Assembly (NCBI GenBank): GCA_054600435.1
Contig: BAAIJX010000001.1
Coordinates: 124,001-188,000, forward strand
Length of the DNA stretch: 64,000 bases
Source: Neophaeotheca triangularis
Lineage: Eukaryota
Reading direction: 5' to 3'
In this document: piece by piece, positions 24,493 through 35,693 of the stretch
How positions within the stretch are numbered: the first letter of the stretch is position 1
Layout of the letters: each line of letters begins with the position of its first letter
Notes under the pieces: model-generated
Databases searched by the model: none
Told to the model about the DNA's origin: nothing
Seen by the model: only the letters and a program-made list of their open reading frames with translations
Made by a program: the position numbers and the translations under genes

Positions 24493-26406
24493 ATGACAAC
24501 GCAACAGGACTTTGCTTCGCTCGAACCAATCGCTTCTGCTGCTACTATTACCCCCGAGACGCAGAGCGAAGATGCACCAGAAGCCGAGTCACCTCGCCTA
24601 ACGACTTCACGCTCTCCGGAGCTCAACAGACAAACGACACAGGCCGCGAGACGACGCAGCACCCATTCAGTAACTGCAGACATAGACGATGGAGCACGAA
24701 TGAGGAGGCCGTCCCGTACTAACACCGTCAAGACCTACCATCAACCTGAACTTGCCGAACAGCCCAACTGGCATCCCGGTGCTGAACCCGGAATCGACAC
24801 GGCCGCTGAGCACGACGATGCCTTGCCACACTTGCAGGCGCTCAAGGCAAAGTGCGACATCACAATCATCGACTTTTCCGATTCCGAGGTCTTCACTGCG
24901 CAATGCGATAACAACGATTTGGCAAAGTTACTCGAAGAGCCCCAAGTGGAGGATACTTCCTGCCGATGGATCAGTGTGAATGGCTTGAGCTGGGACGTCA
25001 TCAAGTGCCTCGGAAACAGGTACAATCTCCACCGTCTGGCAATAGAGGATCTCATAAACACACACTCTCGTACAAAGGTCGACTTCTACTCCGACCACGC
25101 TTTTCTCTGCTTGACCCTGCAAAAGCTCGTGCGTCTACACAGACATGATGCGACTAAGGGCCCTTGCGATTGTCCAGGAGTCGAGCATTACGAAGATGAT
25201 AAGATGCCTTCCAGAGTCTCCAAGTATCGCAGGAGAAGCAGATGGGCCAACAACCGACGGGAACCCGACGAGCTGCCCCCTTCTTACCTTGAGGCCGGTG
25301 CCTCCGATAAATTCCAAGAGTTTATCACGGCACACAGCGGTACTTCAGACGCATCGCCGATTAAACCCATCCGGACCCTCCATCGGTACGATAGCGCGCA
25401 GATACCGGAGCACACCGCGTTCATGGAACGCCACAGCGCTCTGAGTAGCGAAGACTTGGTTGTTAGTGTTGAGCAGGTCGCCATGTTTTTGTTGGCAAAT
25501 AACACGGTCATCTCGTTCTTCGAGCATTCCGCACAGGATGTGGAAGACCCAATTCTGGATCGGCTTCAGAGTAGTGAGACGATACTGAGACGGAGTTGCG
25601 ACGCCTCTCTCCTTGTGCAGGCCATCATCGACGCTGTCGTCGACTTGACTATCCCGGTCAAGGACGCCTACAACAAAGCCCGGAAAGACCTGCAAGTCGA
25701 TGCCCTTACAAACCCCGACATCAAAACATCCCGAGCCCTCCACATCTTTGGTGAAGAGATTGACATGCTGCAAAACCTCTTCAAACCCATCGTCCATCTC
25801 GTCAACGCTTTACGAGATCACCACACCGAGGCCACTACCTTTGTACACCCTTACGAAACCAATCCCGACGAATCCGCCCCGCCCAACGAGTCACGTCCAG
25901 CTAACCGTGCCAATCACCGTAACCGCGAGGGCGTGCCCAACTTCCAGCGCATATCATCCGACTTCCGACGCCTCGTGGTCCACCGCAACCAACCCGCCAG
26001 CAGCGTCACCATCTCCCCCTTAGCCCGAACCTACTTCGGCGACGTCCTCGACCACTGCATCACCCTCATCTCCACGCTCGAGCAAATGGATGCCAGCGCA
26101 AACAACATCTCAACCCTCATCTTCAACACGGTTGGCGCCCGCACCAACAACTTCATGTACATACTCGCGCTCGTGACCGTCTTTTTCAGTCCTTTGACCT
26201 TCATTAGCGGATACTTTGGCATGAACTTCGCCAATGGCGCTGGACTGGATCACTCTTTTGCCTTCTTCTGGTTGATCGCCGCGCCCAGTTTGGCGGCTTT
26301 TATGATTATTGTGTTTGGGTATATGCTCTGGGATAACGTCAAGGACCTTTTGGCTAAAAGGGGTGTTCGGGAGCATAGGAGCAGGAGGAAGAGGAAACGG
26401 GTGTGA
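24493..26406 (+). CDS. CorA-family Mg2+ transporter-like protein
   Basis: RWISVNGL; LHRLAIEDL; VEQV; YFGDVLDH; PLTFISGYFGMNF (GMN signature) followed by a TM helix. Confidence 0.9.
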   Translation: MTTQQDFASLEPIASAATITPETQSEDAPEAESPRLTTSRSPELNRQTTQAARRRSTHSVTADIDDGARMRRPSRTNTVKTYHQPELAEQPNWHPGAEPGIDTAAEHDDALPHLQALKAKCDITIIDFSDSEVFTAQCDNNDLAKLLEEPQVEDTSCRWISVNGLSWDVIKCLGNRYNLHRLAIEDLINTHSRTKVDFYSDHAFLCLTLQKLVRLHRHDATKGPCDCPGVEHYEDDKMPSRVSKYRRRSRWANNRREPDELPPSYLEAGASDKFQEFITAHSGTSDASPIKPIRTLHRYDSAQIPEHTAFMERHSALSSEDLVVSVEQVAMFLLANNTVISFFEHSAQDVEDPILDRLQSSETILRRSCDASLLVQAIIDAVVDLTIPVKDAYNKARKDLQVDALTNPDIKTSRALHIFGEEIDMLQNLFKPIVHLVNALRDHHTEATTFVHPYETNPDESAPPNESRPANRANHRNREGVPNFQRISSDFRRLVVHRNQPASSVTISPLARTYFGDVLDHCITLISTLEQMDASANNISTLIFNTVGARTNNFMYILALVTVFFSPLTFISGYFGMNFANGAGLDHSFAFFWLIAAPSLAAFMIIVFGYMLWDNVKDLLAKRGVREHRSRRKRKRV

Positions 26407-27250
26407 TTGGAAGGTTGTACTTCTGGTTAGGGATATTGGAGGTTTCCTGAGGAGCAAGGCTCGGGGGTGTGGACGACCTGAGGGTGAAGACTTTTCCTGA
26501 GCATGGAGGTGTCATTACGGCGTTCAGTAGGAGAGTATACCCCTAGTGTTATCTGAGAATTCATTCTAGCTTACGTTCCTACCCCCTGCTCCCTCCGTTC
26601 GACTGGAGTCTGCCTCGCCCACCAAAAGCTTTCCCCTTTAGCTTCTCAAGAGTAATAGGGCCCCTCCACCTCACCTTACAAACGAGGTTGGCAGGGAGGT
26701 CCAGGCTTGTGGGAGCTCGGCTGAGATCTGGAGGGCCATCTGGCTATTCTCCGCAACTTGCTAGAAGCCTTGGGATCAGGAAGAAGCGGTCAATTGTAGG
26801 CGGAAAAGGGTGAAATACCAGTGATCATACTACGTACCCGCAAAACAACACTGTTAGGACGATGACGCCATGGCAACCATGCCCTGCCCTTGACCCCCTT
26901 CACTGTACTTTGCACCTCGTCATAGGCGTAGGCGGCAACGCTCCCAAGGCATTCCATTCACTGAAACCCGACTCGTGTTGCCATTGCTGAGTGGCCCGTG
27001 CGTCCACTCTCCCTATTCCCAACTCTCATGCCCTGTGACTTGCTGCTACCTTCTCTTCACCCTTTCCCACAACAACCATATTCACGGGGGCAAGCACCGC
27101 AACACCTCATACTTGGCTGGCCGCCGCTACCAACTCCTTCCAAAACTTGGTCCTCTGCTCCACAAACCGAAGCGAAGCATTTTGGAGGTAAGTCTCCCCT
27201 GTAAGCCCCCATTAAACTCACCCGTATTAACCCCGGAGCGACCAGCCACT

Positions 27251-27703
27251 ATGAACTTCACCTCACACATCCGAACCCTGCACCGCTACGATGCCGACGA
27301 GTACAAGCTGTGGAAGATTGAAGTCCGAGACGTTCTAATCGCCAACAACGCCTGGGAGCAAATCACCGACGAAGCGATCCACGACCACAAATGGGAGGCC
27401 AACGACGCTCTCGCCCGCCTCATCATCCGCCACTTCGTCGACGAGGATCTGGTGGAAATGGTGGCCTGTCTTGGGACCGCGAAGCTGAGCTGGGACTTCA
27501 TCAAGTACCGCGTCAAGGTTTTGACGACGATCCAGCAAAGGGGCGTCTTCGATCCGTATGGCATTGGGCTCGGCGATCAGGAGAAGAGGTTTCTCGCGCG
27601 TCGCGAGCGTTTGTGCTTGATTAGGAACGGGGTTGCGGAGTCGGTTATCGATGATACCATGTGGAGCATCGATAGCGAGGAAGAAGAGGACGTGTGGGAG
27701 TGA
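27251..27703 (+). CDS. Ty1/copia Gag N-terminal-like protein, copy 1 (150 aa)
   Basis: YKLWKIEVRDVLIANNAW..WEANDALARLII..TAKLSWDFI matches the copia Gag pattern (DUF4219 / Retrotran_gag_2-like) by eye; putative 5'-UTR intron 27188-27245. Confidence 0.65.
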   Translation: MNFTSHIRTLHRYDADEYKLWKIEVRDVLIANNAWEQITDEAIHDHKWEANDALARLIIRHFVDEDLVEMVACLGTAKLSWDFIKYRVKVLTTIQQRGVFDPYGIGLGDQEKRFLARRERLCLIRNGVAESVIDDTMWSIDSEEEEDVWE

Positions 27704-28266
27704 CGGGGCTCTGCAGCCTAGCTAGCTTGCGTGATCACGCTGTCGTGCTGTTGGTGCAATCCGCGTAGCTTGATCCAGTATACCACAGCAAACCTCTCAA
27801 GGTCCCTACTTCTTCATCTGAGCGTATCTACTACCCACGCTCGGGTACCATAGCTTATCAATTCGGCTATCTTCATACCCGAACTTACCGTTTCACATGG
27901 GAGGTGCTGACCGGTGTCGCCTGATGACCTCATGCATCTTCTTCGGCTTCACTTTGGCCCGCCCTCCAGGTGTTTTGATGCGTGATCCGTGCGTCGAACC
28001 TACCTACCTATATCAAGCCCGCCAACCTCGCTCTTTCCCTACTTAACTCTTTGCATAACAAAGTCAATCACCATAATTGACCAATTCTGGGCTCCAAAAA
28101 CCAAGCTGATGCGAACAGCATCTCGCTTTCGGACATAGCTTAGATTGCAACACCCATCACGACACGGCGGACACGCGGTGAAAGTCAAAGCACTCCTCAA
28201 AGTCAGCACAGTTTTGCTTCGCCTGGCCCACACGATATCCATACTGACCAGAGGCAGACCACCAAG

Positions 28267-28818
28267 ATGCAATTCGCCGAGTGCATTGGTCTCCTCGACG
28301 AGAACGCAGGCAAAAGTGCTTGGGCGTGGCGAATCCAAGTCAAAGACGTCCTCATGGCGAACAAAGTCTGGCAACACGTCAACGGCGAACACCAACGTCC
28401 ACAGGAGAAGTCGGCTGCGCAAGAATGGGATTCCCAGGACGCTCTCGCTCGCCTCATCATACGCCGCTTTTTGGTCAACTACTTGGTCAAGAAGGTTCTC
28501 GTCTTGGCAACTTCACAGGAGACTTGGGATTATCTTGAGGGACGTACCAAGGCCCTGGCGGATCTGCGCGCCACGCGTGACGACGGCCCTTCGGACGATG
28601 AGCTCGAGTTTCTTGGATTTGAGGACGAGGATAAGGGATGCCCGGCTTTGCTAAGTTCGAGCGTCGTTTCGCGGCGAGGAAGCGTTCTTAGATTGGACCA
28701 CGAGGCTGCATACCAGCGTTCTTTGCTGTGGCATCCAGCAGACAGCTTGCCTCTGTGCCCAAGACGATTTGAACTTGATTGCCAGTGCATGGGGTTGCTC
28801 GCTCGACAGCAAGTGTAG
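28267..28818 (+). CDS. Ty1/copia Gag N-terminal-like protein, copy 2 (183 aa)
   Basis: WRIQVKDVLMANKVWQHVNG..P..WDSQDALARLII..TSQETWDYLE; shares DALARLIIR with copy 1; putative 5'-UTR intron 28202-28257. Confidence 0.65.
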   Translation: MQFAECIGLLDENAGKSAWAWRIQVKDVLMANKVWQHVNGEHQRPQEKSAAQEWDSQDALARLIIRRFLVNYLVKKVLVLATSQETWDYLEGRTKALADLRATRDDGPSDDELEFLGFEDEDKGCPALLSSSVVSRRGSVLRLDHEAAYQRSLLWHPADSLPLCPRRFELDCQCMGLLARQQV

Positions 28819-29710
28819 CTTTGTACCCTCATCTCATCTCATCGCATGGTTCAATGCCCAGGTATTGTTGTGCCTACGCCCACTGTTGCCGTTCTCCCAG
28901 TGTAAGTGGCCCTTTGACAAGTCGACTTCCTTTTCGGCTTCACTTATTCCTACTTCCATTCGTGGTCTGTGTGTCGATTTAGCCCATAGCTTGGGATTGA
29001 TGACCACGCGGTTGCCAAGTAAGATGCAGAATGGATGTCTCGTGATAAGCGCGATAGCTCGAACACAGCAAGAACAGTAACGAAATACAGGAACCATGCT
29101 CTTCTCTTTCCAACAAGGTGCGCTGTCCGCCATTATGTGATTTTAATGGTACGATGCTCTGCTGGAAGGAAGCACTTCAATGTGAAATCCAATGAGAGGC
29201 TCGGAGGTTCAAGAGATGACCCAAAGTTTCTCGTCGCTTGAGTCGTTCTTCTGGACTTCGGTCCCAGGAGATCGCCATACATCAGGTTGACGAGTGATTC
29301 CAAATGAAAAGCGCCGTTTGAGCTACGCAGTGGACCAAATCGTCCCGCTTGTCCAGACGTATCATCCTCGTTCAGCTCATCTTGTCATGATACTTCCGGA
29401 TAGGATCGCATCGCGCCTTTCCGTGACCATCAGCCCCACCCCAACACACACGAGAGTTGTCTAAAACAACAAGACCGCATATTCCACCTCACCACCCAAG
29501 TCTCCTTTCGACTGGACATCCTGGCACGAACCCACACCACCTCTTCGCGCAAGCTCTCCCAGAAGGCCACAAGCTGGTGCTCAAGCTCTCGAGTACCAAC
29601 AGCAAGCCTCTTCTTCTTTCAGTGAATCCCCATACCCCCCCAAAAGAGAAGATTCACTCCACGTCTGCAAAGCACATCGCTCTTTCACAACAGTTCTTCC
29701 AGTACCAGCG

Positions 29711-30055
29711 ATGGACCTCAACGGCATCCAGTTTGCGCGCAAGCTCTCCTCCGACCCAAACGACTACGCGAGCGGATATTGCGGACGCTCTCCGAGCGAA
29801 AGGCATCGCAGGCCACGTCACAGGCTCCAGCTCGAAGCCCTCCCGCATCCACGGCGGCCGGCCTTGTCGATGAGACATGTACGCCAGTGACGCTAGCTTC
29901 CGAAGCACGCGCGGGCTGAGTGGGAGTGCAAGAACGCCGAGGCCTGCTTCATCATTAGGGCCACTCTTGAGAACGACGTGGCCATGCAAGTGGATTTCCT
30001 CGGACCTGCTGTGGAGGTGTTTGGGACTTTGGAGGACGAATACGGCCACAGTTAA
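29711..30055 (+). pseudogene. frameshifted copia Gag-like gene, copy 3
   Basis: MDLNGIQFARKLSSDPNDYAS / shifted frame DIADALRAKGIAGHVTGSSSKP / original frame after stops RAEWECKNAEACFIIRATL..AVEVFGTLEDEYGHS*. Confidence 0.55.
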
Positions 30056-30434
30056 AAAGTGCTGGGGATATTATGCCGAGGGAGAGGGTCGGGAGTGGAA
30101 GCACTGCTTTCGTCTGTGGGATCACGAAGCCCGCTGCACATTTCCCAGCAAGCGCTCCCGATCGCTGTTGATGACTTCGTCTATAGCTTTGAGTCTTTCA
30201 GCATCAGCTACTAGACACAAGAGGGTACACTCAGTACTTAGCTCGCCAGTATCAAGAACACCATCAAATGCTTATCAAGTCGCTCAACCTCGCCTCCCAA
30301 ATGCTGAAAGAGTCAATCCCAAACGCCAGGCCGTAAAATCCCACTACTCATGAGTTATCCACTCTTGTCAACGTCAACACAACTCAAGATTGATCCTTCT
30401 CCATGCTGAGAATGAGATTAAGCAGAACCAATCT

Positions 30435-32022
30435 CTACGAGTTCCCCTGGCCACCATCAGTTGGACTCATATCCACATTCGTGCTGCTGAAGTCCAAGTT
30501 TCCAGTCTGACACCACCCATTAACCGGCAAGCAAGACAGGTACTTGCACCAGCCGCACCCAGTCCGCCACTCATAAAAGTTCCTCAGAAGTAGTATGAAG
30601 CCGATGAGGCAGCCTAGAAGAGCAGCGGCGCGAACCAACCACCAAGACCACCAAAGACCCTTCCTGTTGCGGAAGAAACCAATAGGCTGGCGAAAGAATC
30701 CTGTTATACCTTCTTCGCGGGATGTGCGTGAAGGAGCGGGCTGGGTCTCTGGAATTTGGTAGGGGTCGTAGTTGACGGGGATTTTAGAGGTGCGCTGGGA
30801 GAGTTTTGCTGGACTGCGGAGGAGACAGACACCTAGCACTAGTCCCATGAGGAAGCCGCCAATGTGGCTAAAGTTGTCGAGACCCGGTAGCAAGCCGAGG
30901 ATGAAGGCAATGACTATGTCCACGAAGATCCAGGCTAGTTCGACTTTCGGCGAGGCGTGGGTGCTCCAGTTGTAGAGGAGGTCCAGTAGAGTGATTGCGA
31001 GGATGCCGAAGATGCTTCCACTACACCCGGAAGAGGCGATTCCTGTTGCGGCGAAGTTGCCACCAAGCACGAAGCCAAAGATACCGGCGGCGAAGTATAC
31101 AAGGACGAAGCGGACACTACCGATTAGCTTTTCTACATCGCGACCCAATGTGAGCTGTAGCAAAAGGTTGAAACCGATGTGAATGATACCAGCGTGGAGG
31201 AAAATGGGCACGATGAAGCGCCACCACTGGTTTGGCATGTTCGGGTCTGAGAGGTCGCCGTTCGGCTCGGGGTTCGGGACACCACCAAAACCGCAAAGGT
31301 CGGAGAGCGTGCAGGAAACGTCGTCGCCTTCGAAGGAGGTGGCGTCAGGACAAGGCCATAGGATGGGCTGAGTGTTGTTTTGTACGTTGGCCATGTTGTG
31401 CATGCAGGGCTGGTAGCGCGCGCCCATGTTGATGAGCACGTAAGGAGATGGCCCGATCATTGGGTTGAACTGCGGCTTGATCGCAATCGGTGTGCCAGTG
31501 AGAACTCCTATATATGTATCGTCAGCAACCATCCATGCTTTGATCTCGCCTACGTGGCCAACACTTACCCATCCGGACAATTTCCGCTATGAAGACAACC
31601 AGTTGTACCACTGACAGAGTGAAGCAGACCCAAGTTATCTTCCCCGAGAACCAGCCATCCTTGCTCTTTCGCCTTCGCTTCTTGTGCGGGTCAGTATCTC
31701 TTACAAATGGGTCCACCGGCTCTGGCGCGAGTATTGGGGCGACCGAGGCCGTAGAATCATGCTTCTTCCTCCTCCCAGTCAGGGGTATGGCGTCGTTGTC
31801 TTCGTAGGGATCGGCATCGTCTGGTATCCTGCCACTTGCGCCCGAGTAGGATTGGGAGGGAGTCTGGTGTTGGTAAGAGTATCTCGGGTCGTCGAAGGGC
31901 GATTGTGATTGTGATGATGGCGGAGGGAGTGGTGGTAGCGGCGCATCGTTGCGGCGATCGTAGTAGTCGTTGTAATGATCGTGGCCGTAACCGGGTTGCT
32001 CGTAGTAGTTGTTGGCTGCCAT
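30435..32022 (-). CDS. rhomboid-family intramembrane serine protease; exons 32022-31569, 31507-30435
   Basis: NPMIGP; WWRFIVPIFLHAGIIHIGFN; GCSG (catalytic Ser); DNFSHIGG (catalytic His); intron 31568-31508 GTAAGT..CTGAC..TAG. Confidence 0.9.
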
Positions 32023-32388
32023 GGAGAAAGTACTATGCTTTGAGATGGTCGAGTGCAAGTAGAAGACGGGACTTAATGGTGGTACTGAAGCTTCCGCCGG
32101 CGGATCCAGAGTATTAAGTGGTTAGTATGAGGGTGAGACAGGAAAGATGAAGAGCGGCGGTTGCTTCCAAAACAGGCCGAAAGAAGCGAAGATGCGTGCG
32201 GGCAATGCAGCTGGTTCTCTGGCGCCTGCTCAATCCTCTAAACACCTAAGAAGGTGAATGGTAGGCAGAGAAGACGTGCTTGGCGTGGATTGTTTGACGG
32301 TGGCGCATGTGACGACAATGCGGCCGGGGAATCAAGAATACATGTGGCTTGAAGCAGACAAAAGTAACAAAGCGACGGGAGACAATGA

Positions 32389-32418
32389 TGTAGTAGTAGT
32401 AGTAGTAGTAGTAGTAGT
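32389..32418. repeat. (GTA)n microsatellite
   Basis: gtagtagtagtagtagtagtagtagtagta. Confidence 0.85.
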
Positions 32419-33230
32419 AACGCAGAAATTACCAAGGACGTGTCTCGTTGAAAGATGAGGCTGGAGGGAGGTGGCCAGTGGGAGCTTCCACCTGCATTGT
32501 CCTCGGTGGTGGTGGTCGCGGTGGTGGTCGTCGTCGTTGACGCACGTGCATGACATGCATGTCCAAAGCACCCGACCGCGGTGTGGGTCTGTCTCCAGCT
32601 CCAAGACTGACTGCAGGTGGCATTCGAGGTTGCTTACGACAACAACCTTGGAACACTACTACTACGGTGAAATTCTGTGCTGATGGGACCAAAATCCTGT
32701 TCCCTCAAGACGAGAGATCCAGCAACTGGTCGGCGGTAGTTGGCCCCTCAGAAGGCCTTCTACTTACCTCACGTTGCATGGTCGCCATACCTTTCAGCCT
32801 CCTCCAGTGAAGCCTGGCTGTTGTCACAACGGCAAAATACTGACTTCTGATTCTGCAAGAGCTTGCACACTGATATGCCAGAGTTATCTTCGTTTACCGA
32901 CCGCTCACGCTGATCGACGTCGGTCATGCTTTTCGGAAGGGCAGAAACAAAGAGATGGCCACATATTTTCTTTGACGGAAGTACCCCCTTTGTCCCCTGT
33001 AAATGAAATGTCGACAACAATGGCACAATCGCCTTGTTAGAATCCTTTCATGGTTCAGAGAGCACGAGTATACAAGTCCAAGTCTCGGTGCCATTCCTTT
33101 TCATTTCTTATTTCAGTAGAAACGTCGCGCGAAAAGTGTTATACTGCCCGAACTCACCACTAACAACACCACAAGAACATCAAGCACTTACGAGAGCCTT
33201 GGATACGCCCATACTGCCCTCATAAACACG

Positions 33231-33812
33231 ATGGACAAAGTAAGCACTCCCCCCTCCCCAAAGGCCGAAGAAAGCCTGATACCCTTCTACATGGCGCTTG
33301 CCCGAGCAAAGCAACCGTCCCCAACCCCTGACCCTCTTTACCTTCACGTCGAAGCAGCCCTGGACATTGAAGGCTGCATCGACGACTGCAACTCTCACGC
33401 AGCGACCCTAATCGCAGAAGCCCAGCATCAGCTCTCGCTCCCTGCCTGCGTGTTTCTGCCCGCTGACTACGATGTAACCACTGACGACAAGCTCTCGGAC
33501 CCCCGCCGCACCAAACTCTCCAAAATGGTGATAGAGAACGGCGACCGAGCCCTCGCAGCTTCGCAAAAGACCTTCGGCAGAGTCATGGGCTTGATCGACA
33601 AGCATCAGACTGAAGGCCTCGAAGCGCTTTCCATGCCAGAGGAGGATGTTGTGCTTTCGCCTTCACCACCAGCTCCTCAGACACCGAGGGTTTCGCCGAC
33701 GCCCAAACCTTCCAAGCTGCCTAAGCGTTCGAGCTCCCAGAAGTCCGCTGTGCCGGTCGCGAAAGGTAAGCCCTCGCCGCTTAGTTCGCGTATTCCGGTG
33801 GCTTCGCACTGA
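33231..33812 (+). CDS. hypothetical protein (193 aa) with Pro/Ser/Lys-rich tail
   Basis: ATG ORF with gene-like codon usage; no recognised domain. Confidence 0.55.
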   Translation: MDKVSTPPSPKAEESLIPFYMALARAKQPSPTPDPLYLHVEAALDIEGCIDDCNSHAATLIAEAQHQLSLPACVFLPADYDVTTDDKLSDPRRTKLSKMVIENGDRALAASQKTFGRVMGLIDKHQTEGLEALSMPEEDVVLSPSPPAPQTPRVSPTPKPSKLPKRSSSQKSAVPVAKGKPSPLSSRIPVASH

Positions 33813-34701
33813 CTTGCGGTAGGAGCTTCGGTTGGTTGTGAGAGGAGGCAGGCTGCTGCTAGGAGGAGTTTGCATAGAGCAGATGTCATGGTAAGCTGGT
33901 CAGCGGGCGCCGGGCATGTTCGTTTGTTTTTCATTCTGGTTTTGATTGCCGCGGTTTTTGGAAGAACAGGTTGACTGGAGGTGGCGTTGGATGCCGTTTG
34001 ATATAGAGCTTTTAGTGTTATCATCTCCTTTGGCTGTGGATCCGCTGAATTCTCTCTCCGTCGCACTTTCATCGCTAACAGTTCTATTCGTTGCTTTACT
34101 CCGTGGTGAGCGTCTCTCTAATAATCTCTAGAGCAAGGAGACATCGTGGAAGAACACTTCTCGTCCGAGTCTGTGGCCATAGGTGTCCACCTTGCTCATG
34201 CTGCACTAAGTCTACGGCAGTATATGCAGACATCATTTGACCGCCGTCTCGCACAAAATCTTGTCCATAATCATCACAACTGCTTTGCCATCCTGAAACA
34301 AGTTGAATCGTCGAATTTGTAGTGGTATTGATGTAGTTACAGTCTTTTGTAAGTGCTACCTCACTGGGTAGGTAAATTTGGCACGTCCATTGGCTAGCGC
34401 AGGATTGTCACAGCCAATTGGATCATGGAACACCCAAAGTGAAGTTCTCTCATGCTACCGATTGAGCGTGCCGCGCAGTTTTCGAACATCGTTCGTGGTA
34501 AAAGACCTACCCGATTCCGTCGACTGTGAGCAACTTCTGGTCTCCGTGGGGCAAGCTGTGGCTGCCCCTTGTCGTCGCCGGCCTCTTGATTGCGCGGAAG
34601 TCAGCATTCATCCCGCGGATCTACCCGCACTCTCTTCAATCACCTCACATTGGCAACTTCATATCACCCCCGTCTCCTCCTCAAGGTCTCGAGTACACAA
34701 G

Positions 34702-35693
34702 ATGCCTCCACGGTTACAACTACTCAGTCGGTCGCTGGCCATAGCGTCGCGGCCGTCTTACCAACCTATCGCGCCCTTCCTCTATCCAACCGCGAACACC
34801 TCGCAGTACCGCGCCGCATCAATCTTGTCCTCCCTCTCTGATACTCCAGGCGCCTACAACAAGCGCAAGCGTCTCGGTCGCGGACCAAGTTCAGGCAAGG
34901 GAAAAACATCTGGTCGTGGACACAAGGGACAAAAGCAGCATGGAAAGGTCCCGTTCGGCATGAACGGAGGTCAGACTCCAGACGAGGTCGTTTCTGGCGA
35001 GAGGGGTTTCGAGAACCGGTATGTGGCAGAACATGCTCCCTGCGTCTCCCAAGGATACCGTTTTACTGACTATGTTACCTAAGGTTCTCGATTGACATGT
35101 CCCCCGTAAACCTCAACAAAATCCAATACTGGATCGACCGCGGCCGCCTCGACCCTGCCCAACCGATTACACTGAAAGAACTGAACCACACGCGTTGTAT
35201 CCATGGCGTCAAAGACGGCGTCAAGCTCCTCGGTCGCGGTCTCGAGGAGTTCAAAACTCCAATCAACATCGTTGTCTCGCGAGCCTCTGCGGACGCCATC
35301 GCAGCGGTGGAGAAGGCTGGCGGTACCGTGACTACGCGCTACTACACCAAGACAGCTATCAAGCGTATCATGAAGAGCCAGACGGACCCCATTCACAGCC
35401 TGCAGAGCAGAATAAGGATGGCCCCGGAAAGTGCTGAGGGCGCGGAGGGTGCGGCAGAGAGTCTGACGGCGGATTTGAAAAGGTTCCCGTTCCGCTTGCC
35501 TGACCCGACGAGCAGAAAGGACTTGGAATACTATCGGGACTCGGCTCATAGGGGTTATCTGAGCCATCTTGTGGAGGAAGGTCATGGTCCCAGCTTGTTC
35601 TTCAAAACTCCTGGAATGGGCCGGGTGAATAGGAAGGATGCTGGCAAGAAGGGTGGCAAGACTGCTATGAGGAGCGAGAACAGGCTCTGGTAG
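34702..35693 (+). CDS. MRPL10: mitochondrial ribosomal protein uL15m; exons 34702-35018, 35084-35693
   Basis: [55 protein letters not shown]. Confidence 0.93.

Noticed and set aside
26852..26930. TGTTAG.. start resembling a copia LTR end, upstream of the Gag-like array
   Set aside because: No second copy, PBS or PPT found by eye
33890..34290. Possible decayed minus-strand gene next to the 33231 ORF
   Set aside because: Only short interrupted frames with no recognisable homology
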